DNA of 64,000 nt from a virus, in the IMG/VR virus record IMGVR_UViG_3300015263_000599, positions 30,453-94,452 of that record. One strand, 5' to 3'. The notes beneath the pieces were generated by a model. That model did not search any database. It saw nothing but the letters and a program-made list of their open reading frames with translations, and was not told where the DNA came from. The translations under genes and the position numbers were made by a program. Of this stretch, positions 55,331 through 63,959 are shown in pieces; within the stretch, counting starts at the first letter, position 1; every line of letters begins with the position of its first letter.

Positions 55331-56824
55331 TTACTCTTTCGGAGCAGGAGGCTTGCCGACATCTGACGGACGCCGCTGGCCCGGCAGAAGCTCACCACTG
55401 TCTGTGGGCGGCTTGGCTTCAGCAGGAGCCGTTGCCGGTGCAGCCGGGATCTCTCCGGGCCGTCTGGTGGCTCCGAACACTGTTCTTCGCAATTCATCCA
55501 CATCGGCTCTCAAGCTCGCCAAGTTTGTGCCGGGAACATTGATTGGCACGTTGGGGTTGGGAGACCATGGTGGCGGTGCATTCTCGGCCCCGTACTGTCG
55601 CTCAGGCAACAATGTCCAGTCGCCGCAGTCAGCGAGAGCATCTTTATTCTCGTTCAAGAAGGCAACGACCTCGTGATGACTCACGGCGTACATTCGCTTG
55701 GATTGGTACAAGCAGTTGCCTTGCTGAGTGTAGTAGACGGCATCTCGTTGAGATGTGACACCGCAGCAAGCGTCTCCAAGGAAGACACCGCCGCCGCTGG
55801 CCCCGTTCCAGATCGTTCCATCTGTGAGCGAAACCTGCCACATGTATTTGTTGTTGGCATTCCGGTACTGGGAGCCGTATGAGATATTGTTGAGGTTCGG
55901 CCCTTGTCCATTCGAGTAGCCGACACAGGTGAACTCAGATGATTCTGGCATCTCATTGGGAACATAAGAGTGCCCCAAGATTGTCTCTGCGTCCACCTTT
56001 GCCAGAGCAAGGTCTCGTTTCGTGTCGAAAGCAATCAGGGTCGCTTTCGTGAAAGAGCCGTCCGGGTAGTAGACCCAGAACTCTCCTCCGATGTTCCCTT
56101 TGAAGTTGTGTGCCGCAGTGAGAACCGCCGCATATTTTTCTCCACGAGAGATCACCGTTCCTGAACCTTGAGTTCCTCCGTTGTAAACAAGCACAGACGC
56201 CAGAACATGGGCCGGTGTAGCTTGCATGGTGCCGCTGGTTGGCACTCGGGGGACGAACTGTGGTTCGTTGTTGTTGCGTGTTGCCAGCATGATCGTAGTT
56301 GTGATGGTCATTGTGACCATCAGTACGGCTGCAATGCCTGCGGCAACGAGGCAGGCGTTCTTCCACCACTTTCGCATTTCAACCTCCTGTTTGTGTCTTT
56401 TACGCCAGTGTTTTATCTCCCGAGCCTTCTTCTCAATCTCCTCTGATTTCGATTTGGCTTCGGCCAGAAGTTCACCGGCTCGCTTGTGGTATTTGATGGC
56501 GGCAGCTTTCCACTTCTCTTTTCTCTGGTAGACGTACTCAATGGTGCCTTGAGGATCTTCGTAACGAACTTCTTCAAGGTTCATTGGTTGAGAGCGGAGC
56601 TTTATGGTACGGGTGGGATCGTATTGACCCTTCAGTACCACATCTTCTTGCTGCTCATCTTCAAGAACAGATGACGAGGCGGTTTGCCAAGACAACGAGT
56701 TGAAATACTCATCCGTCTTCTTAGACTTCCTCGGTTCATCAGGAACCGATTCATCACGGACGGTGTGAAAGCCAGAAGCTTCCACAGTGCGTCGTTCATC
56801 GTGGTTTTCGCTCATCGACGACAT
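55331..56824 (-). CDS. Membrane-anchored trypsin-like serine protease
   Basis: Coiled-coil plus TM, then GSGTVI, VLTAAH, DLAL, GASGGG catalytic triad motifs. Confidence 0.88.
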   Translation of the reverse strand: MSSMSENHDERRTVEASGFHTVRDESVPDEPRKSKKTDEYFNSLSWQTASSSVLEDEQQEDVVLKGQYDPTRTIKLRSQPMNLEEVRYEDPQGTIEYVYQRKEKWKAAAIKYHKRAGELLAEAKSKSEEIEKKAREIKHWRKRHKQEVEMRKWWKNACLVAAGIAAVLMVTMTITTTIMLATRNNNEPQFVPRVPTSGTMQATPAHVLASVLVYNGGTQGSGTVISRGEKYAAVLTAAHNFKGNIGGEFWVYYPDGSFTKATLIAFDTKRDLALAKVDAETILGHSYVPNEMPESSEFTCVGYSNGQGPNLNNISYGSQYRNANNKYMWQVSLTDGTIWNGASGGGVFLGDACCGVTSQRDAVYYTQQGNCLYQSKRMYAVSHHEVVAFLNENKDALADCGDWTLLPERQYGAENAPPPWSPNPNVPINVPGTNLASLRADVDELRRTVFGATRRPGEIPAAPATAPAEAKPPTDSGELLPGQRRPSDVGKPPAPKE

Positions 56825-56916
56825 CCGTATCTTGAGGCGTAGTTACAGTATTTTCAGACTCAGACATTGTATCTGAATCTGTTAATACTGCAACCTCTTT
56901 ATGCCTCAAAGATGGC

Positions 56917-57303
56917 TCATCGAGATACCTCAGACCTATGATCCCCCGGTTGCTGTAGATCGGGAGCGAAGGTCTGGGGAGCGTCGTCATCGGGCCAGTA
57001 GCATTGGGTGGTGTGACGGACTGGTTCATTTTCCACTCGAAAAATGGGTTCTCTGACCAACTTGACCTGCTGGTTTCGTTCCGCACAATACTTACAGTTT
57101 CCCTTGTGTGCGAAACTGCTGAGGTTGAATCGGCTGTAAACGTATTCACAACCGTCAAATTCAACCACCTTAAGATTCCCTTCTTGAAAGGCTCTGGGCA
57201 CTTCCGGGGCAGTTGCTTGTCTTGGCTGGCTGTCTCCACAACCGATGCCGATCAACACAATGGCAAGAGGGAGAGCGGCCAATGCCCAAAAGCAGATCTT
57301 CAT
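56917..57303 (-). CDS. Lipoprotein
   Basis: Lipobox GIGC; VVEFDGCEY...AHKGNCKYC. Confidence 0.75.
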   Translation of the reverse strand: MKICFWALAALPLAIVLIGIGCGDSQPRQATAPEVPRAFQEGNLKVVEFDGCEYVYSRFNLSSFAHKGNCKYCAERNQQVKLVREPIFRVENEPVRHTTQCYWPDDDAPQTFAPDLQQPGDHRSEVSR

Positions 57304-57314
57304 CCGTAATATCC

Positions 57315-57416
57315 TTATTCGGGATGATCAGATGCAACGGCAAGCACAAATGCCACGACGATAGCCGCCGTTGCCAACAGATGTGCTCCCACTACAATTT
57401 TTGTGATGCGGTTCAT
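57315..57416 (-). CDS. Tiny single-TM protein (33 aa)
   Basis: ATGA-coupled; MNRITKIVVGAHLLATAAIVVAFVLAVASDHPE. Confidence 0.45.
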   Translation of the reverse strand: MNRITKIVVGAHLLATAAIVVAFVLAVASDHPE

Positions 57417-58021
57417 AGAAGTTCCTTCCAGTGCTGTTTCTCTTCCCGATCATAGGCGGCTTGGAGAGCAGCAGTGACTTCTTCGAGATTGTCAGTGTAG
57501 CGGATGACGTTCTCGTGAGTAAAGTGCGAATTGTATGAGTGTGCTGGCATGATAGCGAGACCACGAGGTCGGTGCTTCAGCCACTTCTCCAGATAGTCTG
57601 GGAAGTCATCAACCAAGACACGGCCATATGTGCCGCCCTTGTGTTTGCCCACGATGTCGATGGGCATTTCGTCGCCGAAGTGATCGTGGATACACTGGAC
57701 TTTCTCCATCCATGCTATCGGTTTTGATCTCGGTCCTTTGGTCAGGACTTTGCAACAGAAACCGATGGTCTTGACGACTTCATAGATCTGCCAGCCGGGT
57801 TCCCAGCGAGGCAGGTTTCTCCACCATCCCGGAGATGTACGAATCAGGTCTGCTAAGTTCTTGGCCCATTCGCCAGTGTCTTCGAACTTATGCAGATCGT
57901 CGCAGTTTCCGATGTAGTCGTGCCATTCTTCCGGCGTGACCTTGAGCAGACTTTCTTTCAACGATCCGTTGTGATCGAAGAGGGTGCCGTCCATGTCGAA
58001 AAGTGCAACTCGTCCTTCCAT
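57413..58021 (-). CDS. 5'(3')-deoxyribonucleotidase (NT5C-like HAD)
   Basis: LFDMDGTL, WWRNLP, AWMEK, LVDD, HSYN. Confidence 0.85.
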   Translation of the reverse strand: MEGRVALFDMDGTLFDHNGSLKESLLKVTPEEWHDYIGNCDDLHKFEDTGEWAKNLADLIRTSPGWWRNLPRWEPGWQIYEVVKTIGFCCKVLTKGPRSKPIAWMEKVQCIHDHFGDEMPIDIVGKHKGGTYGRVLVDDFPDYLEKWLKHRPRGLAIMPAHSYNSHFTHENVIRYTDNLEEVTAALQAAYDREEKQHWKELL

Positions 58022-58025
58022 TTCC

Positions 58026-58328
58026 CTAGCTCCTTGGGATTACGCCAAGCTGAACACCAATGGTGTTGATGGCTTCGTCGAGTGATTGACCGGTCGCCTC
58101 CATTGAGGTTTCTCCCCGAAAGGCGATCACCTTGTAGTACAAGATTTTCCGTTCGTTGATGTCTGGATTACTCTTTCTAACAGGAAGTTCTTTAATTTGC
58201 CAGCCCAGTCCTGTCAGGCGGGCCTTGATCGAATTTGTGTCCACGTTCCTCCTTATCCGGTTGTGCGGATGCACATCCGAAGGTTCTGGTTTGTGTCTTG
58301 AGAATAGTTGCTTCAGCCATTTCAGCAT
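58026..58328 (-). CDS. Hypothetical protein
   Basis: ORF preceded by TAAATA motif. Confidence 0.6.
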   Translation of the reverse strand: MLKWLKQLFSRHKPEPSDVHPHNRIRRNVDTNSIKARLTGLGWQIKELPVRKSNPDINERKILYYKVIAFRGETSMEATGQSLDEAINTIGVQLGVIPRS

Positions 58329-58422
58329 TAAAAGAGTCCGCCTTCCCCATTATTTAGAGTAATGGCGGCTAATACATCTACATACAAACAGAAGCAAGTT
58401 CTAACACAAACGGAGGTTTCAA

Positions 58423-58587
58423 ATGGATTTGATTCGTGTCATTTGCGCCATCTTCTTGCCGCCACTTGGTGTGGCTCTGCAAGTCGGACTGGGCCTGCAT
58501 TTCTGGCTCAACATCGTCCTCACACTGTTCGGGTACTTCCCCGGTGTGATTCATGCCTTGTATGTCATTCTCAGAGAGAACGACTAA
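58423..58587 (+). CDS. YqaE/Pmp3 family proteolipid (54 aa, not in ORF track)
   Basis: GGAGG RBS; MDLIRVICAIFLPPLGVALQVGLGLHFWLNIVLTLFGYFPGVIHALYVILREND. Confidence 0.92.
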   Translation: MDLIRVICAIFLPPLGVALQVGLGLHFWLNIVLTLFGYFPGVIHALYVILREND

Positions 58588-59111
58588 AGCATCCGAGGCT
58601 CATGGTAATAAGGACGACACAGGTTCATGATTCCCTGCGGCGATTTCGTACAAGGGTTCCCATGAACCTGCATCGTTCCTGCCAGCATAGTGCGAGCCGT
58701 CAACTCACCACAATGAATGTGGTTCTTTCTCGGCTCGCCGGTCAAGTAACTGCTGATACTGTACTTGGTCCCCAACATCTTCTCTGAGTATTCTCTCATC
58801 GCCTTTGTGTCTATTGGCACCTTCGGGCGTCTGATCCAGACCTTCATCAGCTTCTCTGATTCTTCATTCTCTTTCTGGATCTCTTTCATGTAATCGTCCA
58901 GCTTGATTTTACGCACTCGGGGCTTGATTGCTTCGTAGACCCAAGGCTCACCGTCGATGTTGAAGATCACAGCCACATGTGAGTATGGGCTGTCGGTGAA
59001 GTCTCGCACGAGCTTGTTTCCCCCTTCAACGAAGAGAAGGGTTCCGTCTGGAATGTCTGTTTCTTGGTGTCCGGGGGCACAGAGGCCCAGCATAATCATC
59101 AGGTAAATCAT
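58584..59111 (-). CDS. Permuted papain-like (YiiX/YaeF, NlpC/P60) amidase
   Basis: SPYSHVAV, VYEA, GTKY, HCGEL. Confidence 0.8.
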   Translation of the reverse strand: MIYLMIMLGLCAPGHQETDIPDGTLLFVEGGNKLVRDFTDSPYSHVAVIFNIDGEPWVYEAIKPRVRKIKLDDYMKEIQKENEESEKLMKVWIRRPKVPIDTKAMREYSEKMLGTKYSISSYLTGEPRKNHIHCGELTARTMLAGTMQVHGNPCTKSPQGIMNLCRPYYHEPRML

Positions 59112-59144
59112 ACAAGTATCTATCTAAATAACGTGGAGATAGAT

Positions 59145-59399
59145 ATGAGATTCAAAACGTGGCTAGAAAAAAGTGAAGATGGTGTGTCGCAATCGCACCC
59201 AGATCCCGGTAGCTTTGGAAAACCCAAAAAGCCGCCGAAGACCTCTTCAGACACAAAGATCAAAGTTTCGAAACATGACGAGAAAAGCGACAAGGATGGC
59301 GTGCCCTCGACATCTGCACCATGGAAGAACTACACACAAAAATGTGATCATGGGTTCAAAGATGATGGCAAATGTCGGCCTGCTGGCAAAGAAGCTTGA
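59145..59399 (+). CDS. Small basic protein with MRFKTWLEKSE N-terminus
   Basis: TAAATA and GGAG upstream. Confidence 0.6.
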   Translation: MRFKTWLEKSEDGVSQSHPDPGSFGKPKKPPKTSSDTKIKVSKHDEKSDKDGVPSTSAPWKNYTQKCDHGFKDDGKCRPAGKEA

Positions 59400-59407
59400 A
59401 ACCACCC

Positions 59408-59435
59408 TTGCCAGCTTCCACGCACTCTCTATAAT
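59408..59435 (+). promoter_or_regulatory. Sigma70-like promoter
   Basis: TTGCCA-16 nt-TATAAT. Confidence 0.55.
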
Positions 59436-59477
59436 GAGCCCTGTATCTGTGTGACCTTTCACGAAGGAGTTCTGGTC

Positions 59478-59804
59478 ATGAAGAAGTTTCTTGCTGTTGT
59501 GGCCCTTGTTGGTGCCACGCTTGTCCTTTCCTCGCAGTCTGCTGAGGCTGGTGGATGCAGGGTCGTCCGGTGCAATCCGGGGCCTGTTCGTTGTGCCGCA
59601 CGAAATGTCGTGTGGCGTGTCACGCATCCTTTTCAGTCTTCAGCCTGTCGGCCTTGCAAGGTCGTCCGCACCTGTCAGCCTGTTGTGTCGTCGTGCTGCG
59701 GTACAACGACAACATCGACAGCCGTGCGAACCTATCCGGCTCCGACAACCGCTGCCCCCTCTGCGCCGCCTGTGCTTCCGAAAGCACCCGTCGAGTCGCC
59801 GTAA
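59478..59804 (+). CDS. Secreted Cys/Pro-rich protein (planctomycete-style)
   Basis: AAGGAG RBS; signal peptide ending AEA; GPVR...C-rich, Pro/Ala tail. Confidence 0.7.
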   Translation: MKKFLAVVALVGATLVLSSQSAEAGGCRVVRCNPGPVRCAARNVVWRVTHPFQSSACRPCKVVRTCQPVVSSCCGTTTTSTAVRTYPAPTTAAPSAPPVLPKAPVESP

Positions 59805-59828
59805 CGAGGCGGACAAGCCAATTCAAGC

Positions 59829-59866
59829 AAAAACCCCGACAAGAGATGGCTCTTGTCGGGGTTTTT
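59829..59866. terminator. Bidirectional terminator
   Basis: AAAAACCCCGACAAGAG/CTCTTGTCGGGGTTTTT. Confidence 0.88.
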
Positions 59867-59900
59867 GTGTTACAAAATTTGGAAAGCCGGTTAGGGCTGC

Positions 59901-60215
59901 TCAGTTTCCTGCCTGACCCGGTTCCCGGCCCGGAACATCATCGACCTTGCGGCCAGACGACTGTTCCTTGATTCGTTTGAGTCCTCGCTCGATGGACTCT
60001 GAGAAATCGCTCTCTCGAATGACTCGTTTGAGCCTGATCTCGACTTCTACGATACCGCACTCTTTCGTGCAAGGCTTGTTCTTTTCGAGATCTTTGATGG
60101 ACGGGAACACCTTGTTTCCACCCAAAGCGGCCCCAACTTCATAGTCGAAGTCCACTTTGTCCATGTAGACTGTGATCACGCCATCTTCGTCTGAATTGCT
60201 TGTGACATAAGGCAT
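59901..60215 (-). CDS. Hypothetical phage protein
   Basis: YMDKVDFDYEVG...VFPSIKDL...CGIVEV. Confidence 0.7.
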   Translation of the reverse strand: MPYVTSNSDEDGVITVYMDKVDFDYEVGAALGGNKVFPSIKDLEKNKPCTKECGIVEVEIRLKRVIRESDFSESIERGLKRIKEQSSGRKVDDVPGREPGQAGN

Positions 60216-60266
60216 CTCGATACGGCTTGGATCTGGTTGCCGTTACCAGCTTAGCGACCACGACGG

Positions 60267-60494
60267 TCATTGTTGCAATCGTTTTTTTAGATCTTCGATG
60301 ATCTCTGGCATTTCCTGATCGGAGAAATCCGCAGGCCCATATGCTTCCTGCCGATAAGTCTTGTCACGGATAGGGTCCAGATCAGTAGCTATCAGCATTC
60401 GTCGAGTCCCAACCTGAGCCAATTCAATCTGAACTTCTTCTGTTTTTTCGAGGATCTCGATTTCAAATTGTTTGAACTTGGTGGAGTCGATCAT
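60267..60494 (-). CDS. Hypothetical protein
   Basis: AGGAAG upstream; fits gene tiling. Confidence 0.55.
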   Translation of the reverse strand: MIDSTKFKQFEIEILEKTEEVQIELAQVGTRRMLIATDLDPIRDKTYRQEAYGPADFSDQEMPEIIEDLKKRLQQ

Positions 60495-60596
60495 TTGCTT
60501 CCTAACGACCACGACGGGTCAATAGTTTCCACATGAAGTGCCAGACACGCCACAGCCAAAAACCAATTGGATTGTTTCCTTTACCCATACTGGTAT

Positions 60597-61427
60597 CTAT
60601 GCGGCTGCTGACTCGTCCATTTTATACTTCTTGCGAAGTTTTGCAATCTCTTTCCCGTTGGCCGATTCCTTCGCCACGCAGTACCAGTATTTGTCATTGG
60701 TGCTGAGGCCGTACTTGGTCTTCAGTTCCCGAGTCAACGACCATGTGTTCGAAGTCCAGTTATCGCTCATGCCGAATGCTTCACGGAGTGGGTTCTCCCA
60801 GTCCTGATACTTGTAGCGATAGTTGATCTGGCCGGTGCGGTAGTTGCGGACGTAGCGGGTTCGCTCGATCTTTCGCAACTCTTTCATCTGGACTCGATAC
60901 CAGAGTCCTTCGTGTTCGTGATACAGCACGCCATCCATCTCGAAGACCTTCTGGGCCTCGTCCTCACGGTGCCACTTACGGTGTGGCTGGATGTAATGGA
61001 GGATGCCGGTCTCAGGATGGACATAGAAGCAATCGAACCAACGTCCGATCTTGTGGCCGTGTTCATTGACCACCTCGCCGTCCTGAATGAAACAGTTCTG
61101 TTCGACGGCGAATTCCATCCAAGAGCGAACCTCATAGCCTTCATAGGTGCGAGGATCGTATTCCGAGCAGATGGCTTGCCAGACTTCATCCCACGACTTG
61201 CCAACATGCTTGCGGAGCAGGCGGCGGATCATGGCGTGGTCAACCCACGCATAGCGGCCATCATCGAACTTGTTGGCGACCTGATGGACCTTGCGAGTTC
61301 CCATCTTCACATCGATGGGCATTCCGTCTTCGTCACAACCTGCTTGCAGGAATTTCTTCGAGTTGCGGGGGTAATGTCCCTTCTTCCCCGAGCGGCTTTT
61401 CAGCATCTTTTTCTTGCGTCTTCTCAT
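60597..61427 (-). CDS. Hypothetical basic protein
   Basis: GGAG RBS; RRLLRKHVGKSWDEVW, FYVHPETGIL. Confidence 0.75.
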   Translation of the reverse strand: MRRRKKKMLKSRSGKKGHYPRNSKKFLQAGCDEDGMPIDVKMGTRKVHQVANKFDDGRYAWVDHAMIRRLLRKHVGKSWDEVWQAICSEYDPRTYEGYEVRSWMEFAVEQNCFIQDGEVVNEHGHKIGRWFDCFYVHPETGILHYIQPHRKWHREDEAQKVFEMDGVLYHEHEGLWYRVQMKELRKIERTRYVRNYRTGQINYRYKYQDWENPLREAFGMSDNWTSNTWSLTRELKTKYGLSTNDKYWYCVAKESANGKEIAKLRKKYKMDESAAA

Positions 61428-61933
61428 GTTTTCTCCAACACGCACAAACGGTCCCGTTCAGAAATTTGCAAAGAGAATCGGTCGGCGATGGTCTTTGCTA
61501 ATCTCATCTCAGGCTCTCGATTTGTGTCATCGATGACAAAGATTGTGTGAGGGTGTGCAAGTGTGTCAAGGTGACTCAGAATCCCTTCTCGGCCAATGTG
61601 TCCCGGAGGACCATCAATGAAGATTAAGTCCTTGGGGCCATCAGGCTCCCAGTTGTACCACAAGGGCCTGCCATACAAACTGCGATGAAACAGTTGGACA
61701 TTGGGAAGATCTCTGGTCAGCACCCGCTTGTAGGAATCTTCATGATTCTCTAAGGCAATGTGTTGACAAGGCAGTGTGCCGAACAACCACGTTGAGAGGC
61801 CGCTCCCTGTTTCAAGGGTTCGGAATCCCGGACGCACGAGTTCGGCAAGGCAGTTCCAGCATTGTTGGGTGATTACCCAACCGTTGGTCCCGCTGATCTG
61901 GACCCACTGTGCCAAAGTCTCTTGATAACTCAC
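61424..61933 (-). CDS. Class I SAM-dependent methyltransferase (glycan-associated type)
   Basis: LETGSGLST, ALEN, LIFIDGPPG, VIDD..R. Confidence 0.85.
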   Translation of the reverse strand: MSYQETLAQWVQISGTNGWVITQQCWNCLAELVRPGFRTLETGSGLSTWLFGTLPCQHIALENHEDSYKRVLTRDLPNVQLFHRSLYGRPLWYNWEPDGPKDLIFIDGPPGHIGREGILSHLDTLAHPHTIFVIDDTNREPEMRLAKTIADRFSLQISERDRLCVLEKT

Positions 61934-61936
61934 ACT

Positions 61937-62428
61937 CTAGTTATCGTTGCCGCTGGCATTCTGCTTGAGTGCAGCGTCAACAAATGCTTGTATGTCATCA
62001 CGCCAGAGGCCGTGTCGCCGCACGACGCAGGAGAATTCCTCAAGATCGTGGGGTCTCAAGGACAGTTTGACGACATCTTCGCTTCCATCTGTCTCTTCGT
62101 CCTGCTGAGCCTCGGCCCACGCATGACAAAGCTCGTGATCGACCAGTGCGACCTTAGACTTAGGAGGCAAAACCTCCCACACAGGTTCGCTGATTGTGAT
62201 CACAAAAAATGGATCGGAGCCATCTTGTCCGTTCGCCAGAAAGGCGTTGAGATTGGAGATCTTGCGACAAGTTCCCCAAACTTCACGGCCTTTGGCCTTG
62301 GGCGTCTTGTCGATGAAGACGTACTCGATTCGCACGTCGAAGTCGATGAGGTGTTGGTGGTATTTGGGAATCAGATCTTCAGCGATCTGTTTCACTTCCG
62401 GGGCTGGGGTGTAAATTGCTGTCGCCAT
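61937..62428 (-). CDS. Putative phage metallopeptidase
   Basis: ALVDHELCH (HExxH), PHDLEEF..VVRRHG. Confidence 0.85.
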   Translation of the reverse strand: MATAIYTPAPEVKQIAEDLIPKYHQHLIDFDVRIEYVFIDKTPKAKGREVWGTCRKISNLNAFLANGQDGSDPFFVITISEPVWEVLPPKSKVALVDHELCHAWAEAQQDEETDGSEDVVKLSLRPHDLEEFSCVVRRHGLWRDDIQAFVDAALKQNASGNDN

Positions 62429-62648
62429 CCTTGGGTCTCCCTCGTGAACAAACTTCCGTGTAATGTTCTTCCAGATCGGCCAGCGTTGCCCTCAGTTGTG
62501 CAAACTGGAAAGGATCATCGCTGTTCGCCATGATGTTCAAAGCACGAAGCGTATCTCCCTGCACGACCAGTCCCGGAAAGCTCCTGCCGGGCACGAGCAC
62601 GACGACTCGGTTGGTTGTGTTGTCAAGGATTTCGGCTTTCATGGTCAT
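62379..62648 (-). CDS. Hypothetical protein
   Basis: VVLVPGRSFPGLVVQGDTL. Confidence 0.6.
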   Translation of the reverse strand: MTMKAEILDNTTNRVVVLVPGRSFPGLVVQGDTLRALNIMANSDDPFQFAQLRATLADLEEHYTEVCSRGRPKDGDSNLHPSPGSETDR

Positions 62649-62666
62649 GGCATCACAAGAAAAAGC

Positions 62667-62894
62667 GGAGGGGCCTCTGGAAATCCCGTATTTCGAAGGC
62701 AGAGTCGCCCGGCGAAGGAATCCCAAAGAAAGATAAAATGAGGCTTACGTCGTTCTTCGTGAGACTTGCAACTAGATGAAGCTTGAGTCGTGAGTACACG
62801 GCATATGTCAGTTCGTTAACAATGCGATTGTTGGTACTGGTTCAACCCAATAAGTTGCATCTTCTTCCGAGATCCGACTTCCTTCAGCCCCTCC
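62667..62894 (-). ncRNA. Candidate structured ncRNA downstream of coiled-coil gene
   Basis: Nested long-range helices GGAGGGGC/GCCCCTCC, GGAAGTC/GATTTCC, a 16/17-bp helix, GCAACT/AGTTGC; followed by T tract. Confidence 0.7.
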
Positions 62895-62900
62895 TGATTC

Positions 62901-63362
62901 TTATGGAAGCTGCGGGTCCGCAACTTCCACATTGTTCGTGGCGTTGTGAGCGTCGATCTTCGTCTGAAGCTCGTCCACTCGCTTCTGCAAAGTGTCGGTC
63001 ATCGTGTCCACTTCCGGCTTCGTGATCTCAGCCGTATAGGTGGTCGTGGTTTCTTCACGATACCGGCCCTTGATCTGACCCTTTGTGGTCGGGATGCGTT
63101 GCAGGAAAGCCAGTTCCGCCTTGGCTTCAGCCAACTCGAAGACGAGTTGCTGGATCGGCTGGGTGGCCTTCTGGAGAGCCAGCTTGAACTGGACCAAGTG
63201 TTTGACCCACGCTTCACGCTGCTTGAGGCAGAGGCGGACATCGGCGTCCCGCTCTTCTCCCTCGATCTTGCTGTTGTTGCTCTGGATGTCCGATTCGAGC
63301 TTTCGAATCTTCTCGACGATCCGCTTCTTGTACCGCAAGGCACGGGAAAGTGTCATCTGCAT
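62901..63362 (-). CDS. Coiled-coil protein (DIP1984/DUF6847-like)
   Basis: MTLSRALRYKKRI...LQKRVDELQTKIDAHNAT..VEV; AAGGAGG RBS. Confidence 0.8.
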   Translation of the reverse strand: MQMTLSRALRYKKRIVEKIRKLESDIQSNNSKIEGEERDADVRLCLKQREAWVKHLVQFKLALQKATQPIQQLVFELAEAKAELAFLQRIPTTKGQIKGRYREETTTTYTAEITKPEVDTMTDTLQKRVDELQTKIDAHNATNNVEVADPQLP

Positions 63363-63414
63363 ATTGGTTCCTCCTTGTGTGAGCCGAGTAGTTTACCAAT
63401 CTGGCGATTTGAAG

Positions 63415-63603
63415 TCAAGTCCAAGTAAGATGAGATGCTAACCACGCACAAAGAACACCAGCAGCCAACCAACAGAGCAAGGAATAGATGATTGCCCAGA
63501 AATAGTCGGCTTGGATGGTTCTCGATTTGTAGAGACCTAGCTTCGTGAGAATTGCAAGTATTACAATCCCCGGAATACACAAGATGACATAGAAGAAGTC
63601 CAT
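63415..63603 (-). CDS. Small two-TM membrane protein
   Basis: MDFFYVILCIPGIVILAIL... Confidence 0.55.
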   Translation of the reverse strand: MDFFYVILCIPGIVILAILTKLGLYKSRTIQADYFWAIIYSLLCWLAAGVLCAWLASHLTWT

Positions 63604-63605
63604 CC

Positions 63606-63911
63606 TTAGCGAACCGTAAACTTCGGTCCTCCCGGCCCCTTCAGGTCTGGCCCGAGTTCGCTCATCAGCTTCATTCGCTGCATAGCTTCTCGTTCCATTT
63701 CTTTCTGTGCGAAAGTTCGAGCGATCAACCACTTGCGGTAGTCATCGTTGAGCTTCATGACCTCAGAAGGAGGCCAGTTGTAGTGATACATGAGGAAGAA
63801 CATCTCTTCGTCCGCCTCGGTAGGCTGGAACTTCAGTTCTTCTTCTTGATTTTCGGCTGCGTTTTCTGCGTTCTCGTTTTGAACGTCTTCGGGTAGCAAA
63901 ATTTCTGACAT
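63606..63911 (-). CDS. Hypothetical protein, possibly tail/baseplate assembly chaperone-like
   Basis: GGAGG RBS; EEMFFLMYHYNWPPSEVMKL...RKWLI resembles small tail-chaperone motifs. Confidence 0.55.
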   Translation of the reverse strand: MSEILLPEDVQNENAENAAENQEEELKFQPTEADEEMFFLMYHYNWPPSEVMKLNDDYRKWLIARTFAQKEMEREAMQRMKLMSELGPDLKGPGGPKFTVR

Positions 63912-63959
63912 GAGAATACCTCCGCACTATAACAGTACGGAGGCGGCGATTTTCTAAGG

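Noticed and set aside
62783-63025. 80-aa plus-strand ORF across the candidate ncRNA
   Set aside because: No RBS, antisense to the coiled-coil gene, and no protein-like features.
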